Source of the DNA: Octopus vulgaris
Taxonomy: Eukaryota
NCBI GenBank assembly: GCA_951406725.2
Contig: OX597815.1
Coordinates: forward strand, 25,420,001 to 25,484,000
DNA length: 64,000 nt
Direction: 5' to 3'
Shown: positions 47,881 through 61,688 of the stretch, piece by piece
Layout of the letters: each line of letters starts with the position of its first letter
How positions within the stretch are numbered: position 1 is the first letter of the stretch
Made by a program: the position numbers and the translations under genes
The notes under the pieces: generated by a model
Seen by the model: the letters and a program-made list of their open reading frames with translations, nothing else
What the model was told of the DNA's origin: nothing
Database searches by the model: none

Positions 47881-49631
47881 ATGAACATCATACACTGAGG
47901 CATACTTTTGTGTTTCTATCTGCAGAACATGTACTATAATGTTGAACTAAGTTCTTGGTGAATTGTATCTCTGATCAAGTGCTTACCTCTGGTGCTACTG
48001 TATGCTGCCAATATTCCTACAAATGTTGTAACATTGCAAATACTATTGCTTTACACAGAGAATTAAAGAACTTTTGATTGCTTGTTGATACAACAGCTTG
48101 AGTTAAGATGAGGATTCTGTTATATAATGACTGAGTGAATAATTTTCCATGGAAACTGTTTTTAGTCTTTTATTTGTTTCAGTCATTAGAGTATGGTAGT
48201 GCTAGGGTATTGTGTTGAAGGGTTTAGTCAATAAAATCAACTCTGGCACCTATTTTTAAGCCTAGTACTTATTCTATCAGTCTCTTTTGCTTGACCACTA
48301 AGTTACAGGGTCACAAACAAACCAACACCAGTTGTGAAGCACTGAGAAGCACAAACATCTCAATGAGCTTTCTTTTACACAGTTTCCATCTATCAAATTC
48401 GCTCATGAGGTATTATTTGGCAAAGGTCTATTGAAGAAGGCACTTGCCCAAGGTACCTATCTGTAATATCAAACCCAAAAGCATGTCGTTGAATGACTCA
48501 GAAATAAACTTCTTAACTGCATAGTTATTAATGATTTCAAATAAATCAAGCAATGCTTTCTAGTAAATCTGGAAATGTCTTCTGGTTGTTGTTCGATGTC
48601 ATTTACCATGCATCTGAGCCTAAAGCAATTTATACTGTGAAACAAAATTTTTATTTCTTTTTTGTCGTTGGTCAGTAAGTGTTATTTCCTATTTGCTTCT
48701 ATCTAGAAATCAAAGAAAATGACTGCTATCCCCTTCAAACTTTGCTTTTGAGACCTCGACATCAATGTTTTGAAACTGATCTATTTTCCATTACATTTCT
48801 CTGCCAAATCAAGATTGGAGCCTGGTGCAGCCATCTGGTTCGCCAGCCCTCAGTCAAAATCGTTCAACCTATGCTAGCATGGAAAGCGGACGTTAAACGA
48901 TGATGATGATAATGATGATTTCAGACAGACTCAGCACTGAGTTACTGAAACAGAAATATCATTATAGCAAATATTCTACTTAATACCATAGATTTGCTTG
49001 TCAGTTGCTTGACCTCAACCACTTGAGCATGTCCCTTAGTGGCTGATGATATGTGCATCTCTGATCATGAACAGAAATAGTGGGGGAGCATCATAGCCAT
49101 GTGTTGAGAGGGATTCTTTAGGGTTTGAATAAATATCATTGCAAAAGCAAAGTTTGAAAGAAATATTAGCCATTGTCATACTTTGAGGGATAAGTAAGTA
49201 GGAAATAACAGTTGCTATGCAAGGACAAAAATCATGATACACTGTTATAAGTAATTGTTTTCTAAAATGGGCATGTTAAAGGAGTAATATTGTTGATTTA
49301 AATGACCACAGTACTTGAGAGGTGCGCATTTTATAATTCTCAGAAAAATGAAAATTAAACTTAAATCTGGTGGAATTTGCACTCAGGGTATAAAGAGATA
49401 TACTTACATAAAGCCATACATTTAATCAGTTACTGAGCAATTACTTTGTATATTAATTATTACTTCACTTCAATTTTATATTTAATGTCTTTGTGAATAG
49501 GTAATATTTAAACATCACAACTTCAATTCTCTTAAAATAATCTTTTGCATAAAATTGTTTGTTTAAAAATTTTTTTTTTTTTTTTTCATTTTTCATTTTT
49601 ATTTCCATCAAATTCCATTCAAATTGTGAAG

Positions 49632-49761
49632 TCCTCAAACGTTAAACATAAAGGCCTTAGCGGACTAGTAGAACAGCATTTTAGTCGACCTCTAAATAAA
49701 GCATATCAAATTTCTTGTTGGGAAAGGCGACCTCTTCGAAAATGTCAAGTTATCTATGCAG
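49632..49761 (+). CDS. EXD3: EXD3 exon
   Basis: SSNVKHKGLSGLVEQHFSRPLNKAYQISCWERRPLRKCQVIYA(A)|gtatgt; GLS.LV..L.K..Q.S.WE.RPL...Q..YA is the hallmark. Acceptor is gaag after a long pyrimidine tract. Confidence 0.93.
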
Positions 49762-49798
49762 GTATGTAATAATAACTTGTTGAAACAAATAGTCTTAA

Positions 49799-50019
49799 CC
49801 CTTTCGTTACCAACCCAGCTGAAACCGGCTCTGGCTCTTTAGTATGAATGTCTTGTTTTCAGAAGTTTTGAATTAAAATCTTCCGCCAAATCTTATACGC
49901 AATTTATGTTCCTAACACTAGCTTAATGATAACAAAGTTATTTTACTAAATTCTTTGTTACATTTAAAATAATTGAAAGAAACACAGAGCATCTCAACAG
50001 AAATATGGTAACAAAAGGG
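49799..50019. mobile_element. piggyBac-type MITE
   Basis: TTAA|ccctttcgttacc...ggtaacaaaaggg|TTAA; a second, more decayed copy at ~63369-63582. Confidence 0.8.
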
Positions 50020-50977
50020 TTAAATAACTTCTTGAAGATATTAGTAGTAATAATAACAATGTACGCTCACACACATGCAGATAATGAAGGTCTATGCTTC
50101 AATCATGTGATCTGCTAGAAAGCACAATGAAATGTCATTCTATCTTTAAAGCAGATGCTTTGACAATCCTATATACATTATGTTTGAATGAAAGGTAAAG
50201 TGGTGAAGTTAATGACGCTTTTGTTCGATATGGTTGAACAAAATCAGCAACACGTATTTAGAAAGTGTATCATTAAAGCTGTGGCATAGTGTTATGGATA
50301 TTAATCTGTTTAGCATTTTATTTCCTCATTTCCTCTTCTTTATAAATTTTAGATTTGGTGCATCTTTGAATACACAATCTACTCAGATTATTATCTTTTC
50401 AGATTCTAGTGTGAAATCATAATATAGATTTAAAGTTATAAAAATATCTATATTCTCTGGCTCTGCCTGTTTCTTTCTCTCTCACTCTCTCTATCTATTT
50501 ATCTAGCTTTGTGTGTGTGTGTGTGTGTATCAATCCCACTACATGCCACTTTGAGCATCTTCTACTACAGCCTCAGGCTATTTAATGTCCTGTAGGTAGA
50601 TTTCATGGATGAAACTTAAGAGAAGTCAGTTGTATATATAAACCTCTGTGTGTGTGTGTGTGTGTGTATGTGTGTGCACACACATAGAGAGGTCTGTATG
50701 TGTGTATGTTTGTATCTCTTTGATTTGATATCTCGCAAGAGTTGTAAACAAGTGTCATTATCATACAAACAGTGTTCCTTTATTTCCCATCTCTTGTGAA
50801 AACATGTCTGGCTATGGGAAAGTATTACCTTGTTTGTAAACAAGTGAGGGTTAATGGCAGGAAGGTCATCCCGCTGTAGAAAGTGTGCCTTAGGAAATCT
50901 AGTCTGACCCATGAAATCATAGAAAACTGGATTATAAAACAATGATGATGTTGATATATGTATGTGTATATGTGTGT

Positions 50978-51205
50978 CATCATCATCATCATCATTTAAC
51001 GTCTGCTTTCCATGCTAGCATGGGTTGGACAATTTGACAGGTCTGGCGAACCATACTCCAATCTGATCTGGCAGAGTTTCTTCTGCTGGATGCCCTTCCT
51101 AACGCCGAGAGTGTAGTGGGTGTTTTTATGTGCCACCAGCACGAGGACCAGTTTGGTAGTACTGGCAACGGCCACGTCCAAATGGTGCTTTTTACGTGCC
51201 ACCTG
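50978..51205 (-). mobile_element. SINE-like family C copy
   Basis: (CAT)n ttaacgtctgctttccatgctagcatgggttggac... Confidence 0.8.
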
Positions 51206-52171
51206 CATGTGTGTGTATATTTGTACACACACTCGCACACATATAGTAAGCTTAATTTTGATGACTTTAACATTCTTTAGAAACCCTTTTAGAAAACCTA
51301 ACATGGATTGATTCTGAATGTACTGAAATTGCACTGTCAGTGCAGGTCTTCAAATCTACATTAATCAATATTCATATTGGTCACATCTTTATGATGAGAA
51401 GATTGAAGTCAACAAACTTCAGTACTTTCTGGTGTGTTGATAATAGAAATGAAACAAGGCCACCATGTAATTATTTTTGTCATTACTCAAGTCTATATGG
51501 GAACTTGAACTCAGAACAGCAATAATCAAGCAATTGTTTATTATTATGTAACATTATATATAGGTACAGACATAGGTGTATGGTTAAGAAGTTTGCTTCC
51601 CATCCAACCGCACAGTTCTGGGTTCAGTCCCACTGTGTGGAACTTCAGGCAAGTGTTTTCTACTGAAGTAGAAGCAAGTCCTGAGCTAACGAAACTTTCT
51701 GAGTGGATTTGGTAGACAGAAAACTGATAGAAGCCTATTGTGTGTGTTTCCTTATCTTGGCAGAGCCTGATGATCTAAATGAGCATCACTGTTATACAAG
51801 CAGCAGCATTCATTTCCAGTATCCTGTAAAAACATGTCTGCTTGAAAACAAGTAATGGTTGGTGACAGGAAGGGCATCTGGTCATAGAAACTTTATCCAA
51901 CCCATGCGAGCATGGAAAAATGGATGTTAAAATGATGATAATGTTTGAGAATTGCTGTTGATCGCACTGAGATATACTGACTTTGGTCATCTTAGACTTC
52001 ACTGCAAATATTGATCAGCTGTTAGTTGGGTTTTCTTAAATTGAAATTCACTTTTGATTATATATATATAATTACATTGATTAATATCTGAGGGATTGAA
52101 AATATTAGACATTTGTTTTTGTTATTCACTTCCATTTTTCATTGAACTGTTTGAATGGTTCATCATTGCAG

Positions 52172-52305
52172 CATTAGATGCCTATGTGTTGTTGCAGCTC
52201 CATAAAGTTAATCTAAACAACGGTGAAGAATCATCCGACCCATCATCAGTTAGCTTGAGTGATGATTCAACCACAATACCTTGTGACTGTGATGAGACTA
52301 AAGAG
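52172..52305 (+). CDS. EXD3: EXD3 exon completing ExoIII motif
   Basis: (A)LDAYVLLQLHKVNLNNGEESSDPSSVSLSDDSTTIPCDCDETKE|gtaac; joins the previous exon to give YAALDA; phases 1/0. Confidence 0.9.
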
Positions 52306-52640
52306 GTAACTAAAATACGTTGTTAAATTATGCCTACTATTTTTGCTAGCAAAAATGTGTTGAATGTTTCTATACTGTATTTACTAGTGAATGTGTGCTA
52401 AGTGTTTGTCTATGTTTACATTATATATATATAATATAAATTAGAGAAAAACCACTATTATGGAATTCAAACAATGACAGACATAAACCGAACCATAAAG
52501 AAAAAATAAAATATATTATAAAACACATATCTAGATCACAAAAAGTATATAATAATAAATAAACAGTATATAAAAAGTAAAAAGACTACGTATGTTTCAT
52601 GGCTATTACTTCAATGTGAATTACAATTAAATTTAAATTT

Positions 52641-52694
<54 letters not shown>

Positions 52695-53299
52695 TTAATG
52701 GTATGATGGTGAAAAAGTCAATCAATTATTTAAGTTCTAGTTTTAAAATAAGATAGTTGAAAATGTTTAAGTTTAAACTTATAGGATGACAGAAATAATT
52801 AATTTGAAATTTATGATAGATTGTATAACATGCTAGGAAACATAATATTGGAGGGAGAGTGAAGATTAACAACCAGGAACAGCAGCATATTGATCAGCCC
52901 TTAGCCTGACTTTGTTCTCACTACAACCTTTTGGCACCAATAATTTACATGTGGTACTTAGTACAGAGCTCTTACTTATTTTCCACTTATTGAGCACAAC
53001 CGCTCCCAAGTGTTAAGTTAAGTCCTGACTAAAATTTTAGTCCTCACTAAGTTTCTGCTGAGGTCTTCCAATTCTATATTTTGCTTCAACATTTAGAATT
53101 TTTTTTCTTTAAATCTTCAAGATTTAAGAACTAGATCATCAGTATACAAGACTTCCTATGGACTTGGTTTTAAATCCCTGTGCTAATATCTGGAGAACAA
53201 CAATAAACAGTTTGCATGGGAGGAGAGACTGAAGATTGAGCTTTAGTAGACACCTACTAGCATGTTAAGTTGTTGAACTCAATGCTGTTCTCACCTTGC

Positions 53300-55030
53300 T
53301 GATAGCATGACTTGCATTATTCTCACAAGTCAGCCATCTACATCTGTTTTCTCAATGACGGCTTGACAACAAAGAGTATCTATCAGAGGCCTTCTCCAGG
53401 TTAGTAGTGAATGTTAGATATAGTGGCTTGCTTTCAGCTCAAGTTTAGGACATCAGCTACAAACCCAGACTGCATGTCTTTATAACAGTTGATGATATTA
53501 CTACCATATCAATCATTGGAAATTCAAACCTTTTGTACTACCTGATTGATTATATGAGTGACAAGTGCATATACTGCTTTGCTAGATATTTTTGGCATTT
53601 TAATGAGTTCAAGTTACTTTCTCTGCTTTCATATCCTTAATGGCACTTGTAACTCTATAGCTCTCTTCTTCAAAACTTGCTCCCTCTATATTTTCTACTT
53701 GCAATGGACTCTATTTCTTCTTTGCATTTTCCTTAATCAGCAATCTATTGCAGTAGCATTTCCATGTCTTATTCTTTTCGGCATCACTGAGGGCATGTGC
53801 ACCACTCTCATTCCGTACACACCTTTTCCCAATAACATCTTGATTCACAATCTATAAACCTCAAAATCATACCTGAAATCTAGTGTCTCTTAATACTACC
53901 TGATATTGTTCGTTGCTGCCTCCTTCCAATCTTTATAAGACTTATTCTAGCTATTATAAATTCTATCTAATGTACTGTTTTGTCCTCTGTCTTGGTTAAA
54001 CCTTGTTTCACCCACACTTCTTGTAGGTAGGCATGCAGCAGATTGTCACATAGAAACTCCCAGTTGACCTCTATGCTATAAGTCTCTTGTTCCCTCGTTC
54101 TTATGATATACCTCAACTAGTACTTCTTTGAACATTTGGTTAAGGGTTCTTTCAGCTTCCATACCTTCCTTTTCCAGATTGACTGTGTTGCTGAATCCAT
54201 CTAGCACTTACACTGATGTCACTAATCATTAATCTATATTGAGTGGTATATTCTTCACTGGGGAAAGACTTAGTATTCACAACCAGCTGTCTATCCATTT
54301 CCTGGTGAGTATGAAGTCTAACTGGCTTGCATGTTCACTTGATTAATTGATGATCAGGTGGCAGGCAGGTTTCCTGAAGTTAGTATTGCAAATGATTAGG
54401 TTGTTTGCATCACAGAAATCAAAGTAATTTGATTTCCTTCTTCATTCTGTGCACTATATCCATAGTCCCCATGTATACTATTAGAGTAGCCATCATGCTG
54501 TTAGCCAACATGTCCATTTAAGTCACCAACTATGATAATGAGGTTGCTGTCATTTGTTGTCAAAATAGCCTGCAAGTTGACCTCATCTCCCAGGCTTCAT
54601 TTGAGTGCATATGCAGAGATCCCTTGCTGTCGTGTTGCCTATGAATAGTCTGCACTTAATTGTTCTGCCACATATTCTGACTGCTTCAATTACTCTACCT
54701 GTTCGTTTCTCTGCCAACAGTATGCCTACTCTACTCAGCCCAATGCTGTCACTCATCCAGAAGAATTTGTACCTGTGTTCATTAACGATGAGGAGTCTGG
54801 CTGAAGCTACCCTCCATCTTACCTCTTGCCTCTACTTTAACATCTCTACAATTTTACCAGCCCTACCTTTCATCATGCCAATGTTGATGGTGAGAGCACC
54901 AAAGCTTTACACCTGACAGGAAGAAGAAAGTTTCCAGTGCTGGGGTGGGTTGTTTGATGTCTGTTTTCTTCATCTAAACGAGGCGAGTTGGTGTGATTAT
55001 TTGATAGTCAAGGGGCTCTCAGTTGTGGCC
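53300..55030 (-). mobile_element. decayed RTE LINE, AP-endonuclease region
   Basis: Minus strand LTINIGMMKGRAGKIVEML..QEVRWRVAS..YKFFW..VGILLAEK, IIVGDLNGHVG, LDFCDANNLIICNTNF; boundaries approximate. Confidence 0.7.
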
Positions 55031-56527
55031 AGATGTTTCCACCTAACCACCCCACTTCTATGGGCAGCACTAACATGGTGAGTGTCAGTCCTATGTACAC
55101 AATTAAGGTTGTTCTTTGTATTTGTGACTCATGATTTTGGCATGGTTTTTGTTTGGCTGAATGCCCTTTCCTATTACCATTACAGCATGGACTAGGTGCA
55201 TTTTATTGTGCCGCTAGCTCTAGAGATGTCTGCCAGAACTCTAGGATACCCTGTACAGTGTGTTGTTATTCAGGTTTACTGCTCTTATACAGGTTGCATT
55301 TGCTGCAACTTTCACAATCCACATCTTTGTGCAGATTTATTCTATTCAGTTACTGCTCTTCTAAATGGGTTAATTTCACTGTAGCTGACATTATACATCT
55401 CAATGCATTCTGGTTAGGACTTCACAGATAACCACATAGAAGCTCCTTCATTGCTATATGTTGTCAGAATAGTTAGAATAATTGGAATAGTGGCAACCAG
55501 TCATATTAAAATGGGGAGGTTGGATAGGTGAGACCCCCACTATACTACTGAGCAAATATGTTTGCTAGCTAGATGAGACAAAAAAATCTATTAGTCAAAA
55601 TATTTTATGAAATATGCTGAATTTTTACTTCAAACTGTATAATCTAACAATTAACAACAAACATTTATTTACTAAAAGTCAAATTATATTATCTCTCAGT
55701 TATGTACATTTCCAAGTTTTTCATTATCAAGCCATCCATCTGCCTTATGACTGAAAAATGGCTGTGTTGTAAAGTTTATCAAGAACCATCTATGATGCAA
55801 CTGAATAATTCTAAGAAGATATAAATAATACAATCCTCCTGAATAGTTATGTAATAGATTTTTTGAAAAAATATAACTATAAGCATGCATTAGAAAAAGT
55901 TATTTTTCCTGTTTTGCTTAAAGTCAATTTGTAAGACATTATGATTGTCACATAAATTACAATATCCAAGGAAACTATTGGTGGTTTGTGTTTGTAAAAA
56001 TTATACAGTGAAGTTCATGAGTAAGAGTATGTTTGTATACTGGAAAAGAAGGGGTAACTGACATTTCAGGGGTGATTCTTTGTCTTTTCAAATGGAAAAT
56101 TTTCCCATCTTTTTTCTCAGATGAAGTGTCAGTCCCAGAAGATCAGATTCCTTTTCTCTCCATGGAATATGAAACTTATCCAAACTCATGAAACTCCATT
56201 ATAAATCAGACCATGCCAAATTTTCCCATTTTGCTAATGATATTAACTCTGTGGAAAATAGCAAAGCTGAACTCCAAAAATTTATTATCAGACTGGAAAA
56301 AAGCATAAAGAGTATTTGGAATAGAACTTGGTAGAGATTGGATAAAAATCCATTATCTGTGCAAACTGTCGACAAGAATCAATACCTTGCTTATAGAACG
56401 ACAGGTTGAAAAAGAAAACTTGTAATATTTGCATCTACATTGATTAGAAATATCTTTAAAAGAAATAATTAAGTTAGGCCTAGCTACATCTATAATCACC
56501 AGATCAAGTACCATTTTAAAAACTTCG

Positions 56528-56820
56528 TCATCATCATCATCATTTAACGTCCGCTTTCCATGCTAGCATGGGTTGGACGATTTGACTGACGACTGGTGAA
56601 CCAGATGGCTGCGCCAGGATCCAATCTGATCTGGCAGAGTTTCTACAGCTGGCTGCCCTTTCTAACGCCAACCACTCCAAGAGTGAAGTAGGTGCTTTTA
56701 TGTGTCACCGGCACAAGGGCCAGTTTGGCGGTACTGGCAACAGCCATGCTTGAAATGGTGCTTTTTATGTGCCACCTGCACAGGAGTCAGTCCAGCGGCA
56801 CTGGCAACGACCTCGCTCGA
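56528..56820 (-). mobile_element. SINE-like family C copy
   Basis: Same conserved end as other family C copies. Confidence 0.8.
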
Positions 56821-59062
56821 ATGTTTTGTTCCCAAGGTCGTTACCAGTGCCGCTGTCGGTCTTTTAAATTTTATGCTTCTGTTGAGTTTTTTTTTTTTTG
56901 GACAATTTTACTGTCATATTATTAAGCTGAACTTTTTATAATTGTGTTATTGCTGTATTTTTATTCATACTTTTTGTGTCTAATTGCACATACACTGCCT
57001 GTGGACAAACACTTGTTTACAGGTAGAAACTGAAAGGGTCTTGTTATTTAGCAAAAGTATCATTTTAGTCGCTTCTCATAATCAGTGCTTTTTACACATT
57101 TTACTTTCATCTTTCACATGCCATAATATGTCCAAAGCATTATTGCATTCATGTGTTAGTTGGCTAGCTAGAATAACCACTCTTCATAGTAACAGCTGTT
57201 TAAAAATACTACAAGAGCAGAATCACAATGGATCTGTCAAATATAGCTAATGTTTTTAAAGTGTTTTCTGTATTGCTATTGTGTATTTGATGTTTTGAAG
57301 TTGTGAAAAGTTGGTGTTGCAATTTTGTTGATAGCTTAATATTGTTTCTCTGTTGTTTATTTTTTTATATTTTTGCATTTAGCTCATTGCACAGTACTAG
57401 CTGTGTTTTGGTAGACTTTGTTACTAGCAACATATGGCTATAATATCTCTGCAAAACGAAATCTGCAAAGGAAGGATAGTAACCAAGAGCAATCTACTCA
57501 TCACTCTGTGGAACATGTTCGCTCATCTTAATGGAAACTAATTGTTTATATGTGAGAATGTCAAAAGCACACATATACCATTATGAGTAACATGTAAAGT
57601 GAAGAACGATCTCAAGCAAAAACACGAAGAAACTGTTCAAACTACAGAATCCTGCAGATTAAAATTCCTAGGATGTGAAACATGAAGACTGGCTGAGAAT
57701 TTGCTACTGTCAGACTGCCTGGAAAGTTCAGGGAAAATACTGGCAGATTACTGGATAACACAAGTTACCGGAAAGTTCTCTAAATGTCTGAGAAGAGCTG
57801 TTTTTAATAAAATTATATTTGTTGAACAGTTAACCTCGTCTTAAGGTTTTGATTGGTTTCATCACTGTTTATCATCAGGATGTTTTATTCTTGGATGTGT
57901 ACATAGTACTAGTTAGGACTCACACTAGGTACCTTTAGTTTTGAACTAACCGTAATTATTATCTACTTGCATCAAGAAGCTTATTGTATAAGATCATTAC
58001 TATTCTTAGTTTAGAAATAAAGGTTCCTAGTTTGTATTGAATCCATTCTAATACAATATACACATCTAAGAATAAGACACTTGGTGACTGGAGATCTAAT
58101 TGCTCAAAATGTGGAGATGTAAAAATTGAAAACAAAATTTTTCCTCTCTTTTGGAAAATTGTAAGTCTATGAAAAGTTCTTCAAACTGTTTATGTGAGAG
58201 AGACTCTTAAGTTAAGATAATTTGGAGATTTTTGAATCCAGCTATATGGTATTAACACAGTGCCATTTCATAAATATGAATTCCATCCTTACCATTATCA
58301 TTAAGATTATATAATCAAAATAAATTTCATTATGAGCAGACCATATTAATATTTCTCATGTTTTTGCATCCAAAACTTTCCTGGATAAAAACATACAAAT
58401 TGAATGAATATTCTGTATTTACTGAAAATCATTGAAAATGGTTTGCTGAAGTTTATTCAGAATGAATTCTATCTGCAGAAATGTGTAGCAACTTATTAAA
58501 CTGCTGCCTGGTTTGAAAAATATTAAAAAAAAATAATTAAAGATCTTAATACATAACATTAAAAAATAAAAAAAAAAGATCTTAATACATAACATGCATT
58601 CATTTACAAATGCCTGAAGCAATACATAAAAAGGAATCCAGACATACACCTCAGTACAAAACTGAAGTATATCAGTTGAGGAACCATAAAATATGGTCAC
58701 TCAACCTGCTAAAAATGGTAGCCAGATCCCTCGAATTACACTTTAAAAAAAAAGACGGATACATTGGATAATGTAGTCCTATATATATTGTGCCTAAAAA
58801 TAAGAGAGGTGGACATGGCTAGAATGCCTTCTATCATAAGGCAACTTGATCAGAGCTGAGCTGGGACTAAATATGAGAGAAATGACCAGGAACTTGGTGA
58901 TTCAAAGAAAGATGTTTACATTGAGAAGTAAATAAATAAATATCAATAACATTGTATCAAAATTGTTTTTTAAAGATAAATATTTAATACCTAATAATTT
59001 TGTTCATTTTTTAAAATTTTTAAATAACTTTCCAGTAGATACTTTTTTAACTTATTCTCCAG

Positions 59063-59281
59063 GAAGAGAAATCAGTCAACTGTGATATAGATAAAAATGC
59101 CTTGGTGTGCTCCCTAGACAGTGATAAGTCTTTGAAACAATGCAATAATTCTCCAATTTCCCCTCATGACCTGCGAGTTATTGTTGATACAATGCTTCAA
59201 GGCTTGGGATGGAACCTCCGCAGTGTTGGTGTTGATACTTTTATTATGAGAAACAACCAAGATCATAAAGATGCTATTGCT
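59063..59281 (+). CDS. EXD3: EXD3 exon, start of Mut7-C domain
   Basis: ctccag|EEKSVNCD..SPHDLRVIVDTMLQGLGWNLRSVGVDTFIMRNNQDHKDAIA|gtaagt; D.MLQGLG..LR..GVD is the Mut7-C signature; phases 0/0. Confidence 0.93.
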
Positions 59282-60850
59282 GTAAGTAGTTTAACATGGA
59301 TGTACTTTATTTTTCATCCTTACCATTTGGTATCTGTTTTCGCTTTTAAATTCCTTCTGACATGTCTGCACAATTTATTTAGCGTAGATGCCTTACAAAT
59401 TTACTTTCTAATCCAACCTCTTCACTATAATCTCATGCTTATTTTCAAACTAGTCAGGCCAAAAATAATGCACCTTCCTCTAGAGCTAACTAAAACCTCA
59501 GGTATCCAGTGTTTTAGACACTTATTACAAACTAGCGTTTTAATTGTTACCTTTTATATTAATATTAGTTTTATGATAATTACAATATTTCACAATGTTC
59601 TAGCTAGATTCTGCAGGTAACATGTAATAGTTGATGTAAACAGTATTGATAATTTTTTAAAGAATCAATTTATCTTTTTTTTTTTTTAATGACCATCATC
59701 ATCATCATCATCGTTTAATGTCCATTTTCCATGCTAACATGGGTTGGACGGTTCAACCGGAGTCTGGGAAGCCAGGAGGCTGCACCAGGCTCCAGTCTGA
59801 TCTGACTTTGCTTCTACAGCTGGATGCTCTACCTAACACCAACCACTCCATGCTTTTTATGTGTCACCAGCACAGGGGTGGATGGCAACGGAAGCCAGTT
59901 AAGGCGACGCTGGCATTGGCCACACTCGGATCCCGTTAAATACTATTTGATAGCTAGTCATAAACTAGTTGACTGTGGCTAAGAAATTCACTTTTCAATC
60001 TCATGGTCTTGATCTTACTGTTTGGCATCCCAGGCAAGTATCTTCTATAGCCTTGAGCCAACCAATACTTTCAAATAAAATTAGTAGACAGAGCCAACCA
60101 ATGCTTTCAAATAAAATTAGTAGACAGAAATTGAACAGGTAGGCCAACCAAAGCCTTGTCAATGGATTTGAAATGCGGAAACTGAAAGGAGTCTTTGCAT
60201 GTATAAATATATAATGTGTGTGAACCTGGTGCAGTCAAACCATCTAACCCATGCCAGCATGGAAATAATGATGACAATGATAAGATGTGTGTGTACATGC
60301 TTAATAGCATGTGACTTAATTCATATTTCCCTTATCTTTATATGTGTTTACTGCTTGTAAACAATGGCCTTGCTGACAATATCATATGCTTGCAGTCTGT
60401 CACTAAAGCATGTCTGAGCTTCGTGACATGTTACATGATCTTTATAAACAAAAACTCTACCGTGTAGTGCTCCAGCATGTCCACGGTGCTATCTGACATT
60501 AAAAATGTGATCTAATCAAAAAACTTGGAGGCACTATAGTCAGCAACTAGGATCATTTTGAGGCTATGTGTTGCAACTTCAGAATTCTTCTTGGGTGCTT
60601 TGGCGTGGCTATGTGGTAAGAAATTTGCTTCTCAACCACATGGTTCCAGTTTCACTCCCCTTCGTGGCAACTTGGGCAAGTGTTTTCTACTATAACCTTG
60701 GGCCAACCAAAGCCTTCTGGATGGATATGATAGATAGAAACTAAAAGAAACCTGTTGTATGTGTGTATATATATGTGTGTGTGTGACCACATGTGTATCG
60801 TTGGCGATTTTCTTTCTCTGTCTTCTTCTTTGGACCTTTCCTTTTTCTAT

Positions 60851-60885
60851 GTTTCTGACGAAGAGCTCTGCTCGAAACGTTAAAC
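60851..60885 (+). ncRNA. minimal type I hammerhead ribozyme motif in a Penelope-type terminal repeat fragment (~60795-60985)
   Basis: GTTT-CTGACGA-A-GAGC(TCT)GCTC-GAA-ACGT-T-AAAC; canonical core, palindromic loop-less helix III. Confidence 0.7.
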
Positions 60886-61289
60886 CCGCCTTTTTTCTTT
60901 CCTTTCTTGAGCATCCAATAACACTATACTTGTTCCACATCTTCGCGTTGCTGCGTTTTCTCTTTGTTCATGTTTGGATTAACTATATATATATATCTAT
61001 ATGTACATACATACACACACACACATATATTATCATTTATATATAAATGTATATGTATTGTGTTTGTGTCCCCTTCTACTGCTTTACAACTGGTGTTGGT
61101 TTGTTTATAACCCAGTGACCTTTTAGTTCAGCAAAAGAGATCAATAATATAAGTACCAGGCTTTAAAAACCTTCAAAACAGTGTTCCAGCAAAGCTGCAA
61201 TCCAATGTCTGAAACAAATAAATATAGTCTTCATACATGATACTTAAGTCATCTACCAGCACTTTTAAACATTACTTCTAAGTATCTCT

Positions 61290-61688
61290 CTTTACTCTTT
61301 TACTTGTTTCAGTCATTTGACTGCGGCCATGCTGGAGCACCGCCTTTAGTCGAGCAAATCAACCCTGGGACTTATTCTTTGGAAGCCCAGTACTTTTTCT
61401 ATCGGTCTCTTTTGCCGAACCGCTAAGTGACGGGGACTTAAACACACCAGCATCGGTTGTCAAGCAATGCTAGGGGGACAAACACAGACACACAAACACA
61501 CACACACACATATATATATATACATATACACAACAGGCTTCTTTCAGTTTCCGTCTGCCAAATCCACTCACAAGGCATTGGTCGGCCCGGGGCTATAGCA
61601 GAAGACACTTGCCCAAGATGCCACGCAGTGGGACTGAACCCGGAACTATGTGGTTGGTTAGCAAGCTACTTACCACACAGCCACTCCT
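61290..61688 (-). mobile_element. SINE family B, full length
   Basis: Near-identical to 10820-11215 and 45668-46052. Confidence 0.85.

Noticed and set aside
52584-52601. Minus-strand GAAACATACGTAgtc hammerhead 3' half
   Set aside because: The 5' core is missing (cut off by a (TA)n tract), so it is not called as a ribozyme.
56121-56330. Acceptor plus short open frame in an EXD3 intron
   Set aside because: Downstream HFANDINSVENSKAELQKFIIRLEK is a decayed LINE RT (FADD) remnant; no EXD3 similarity.
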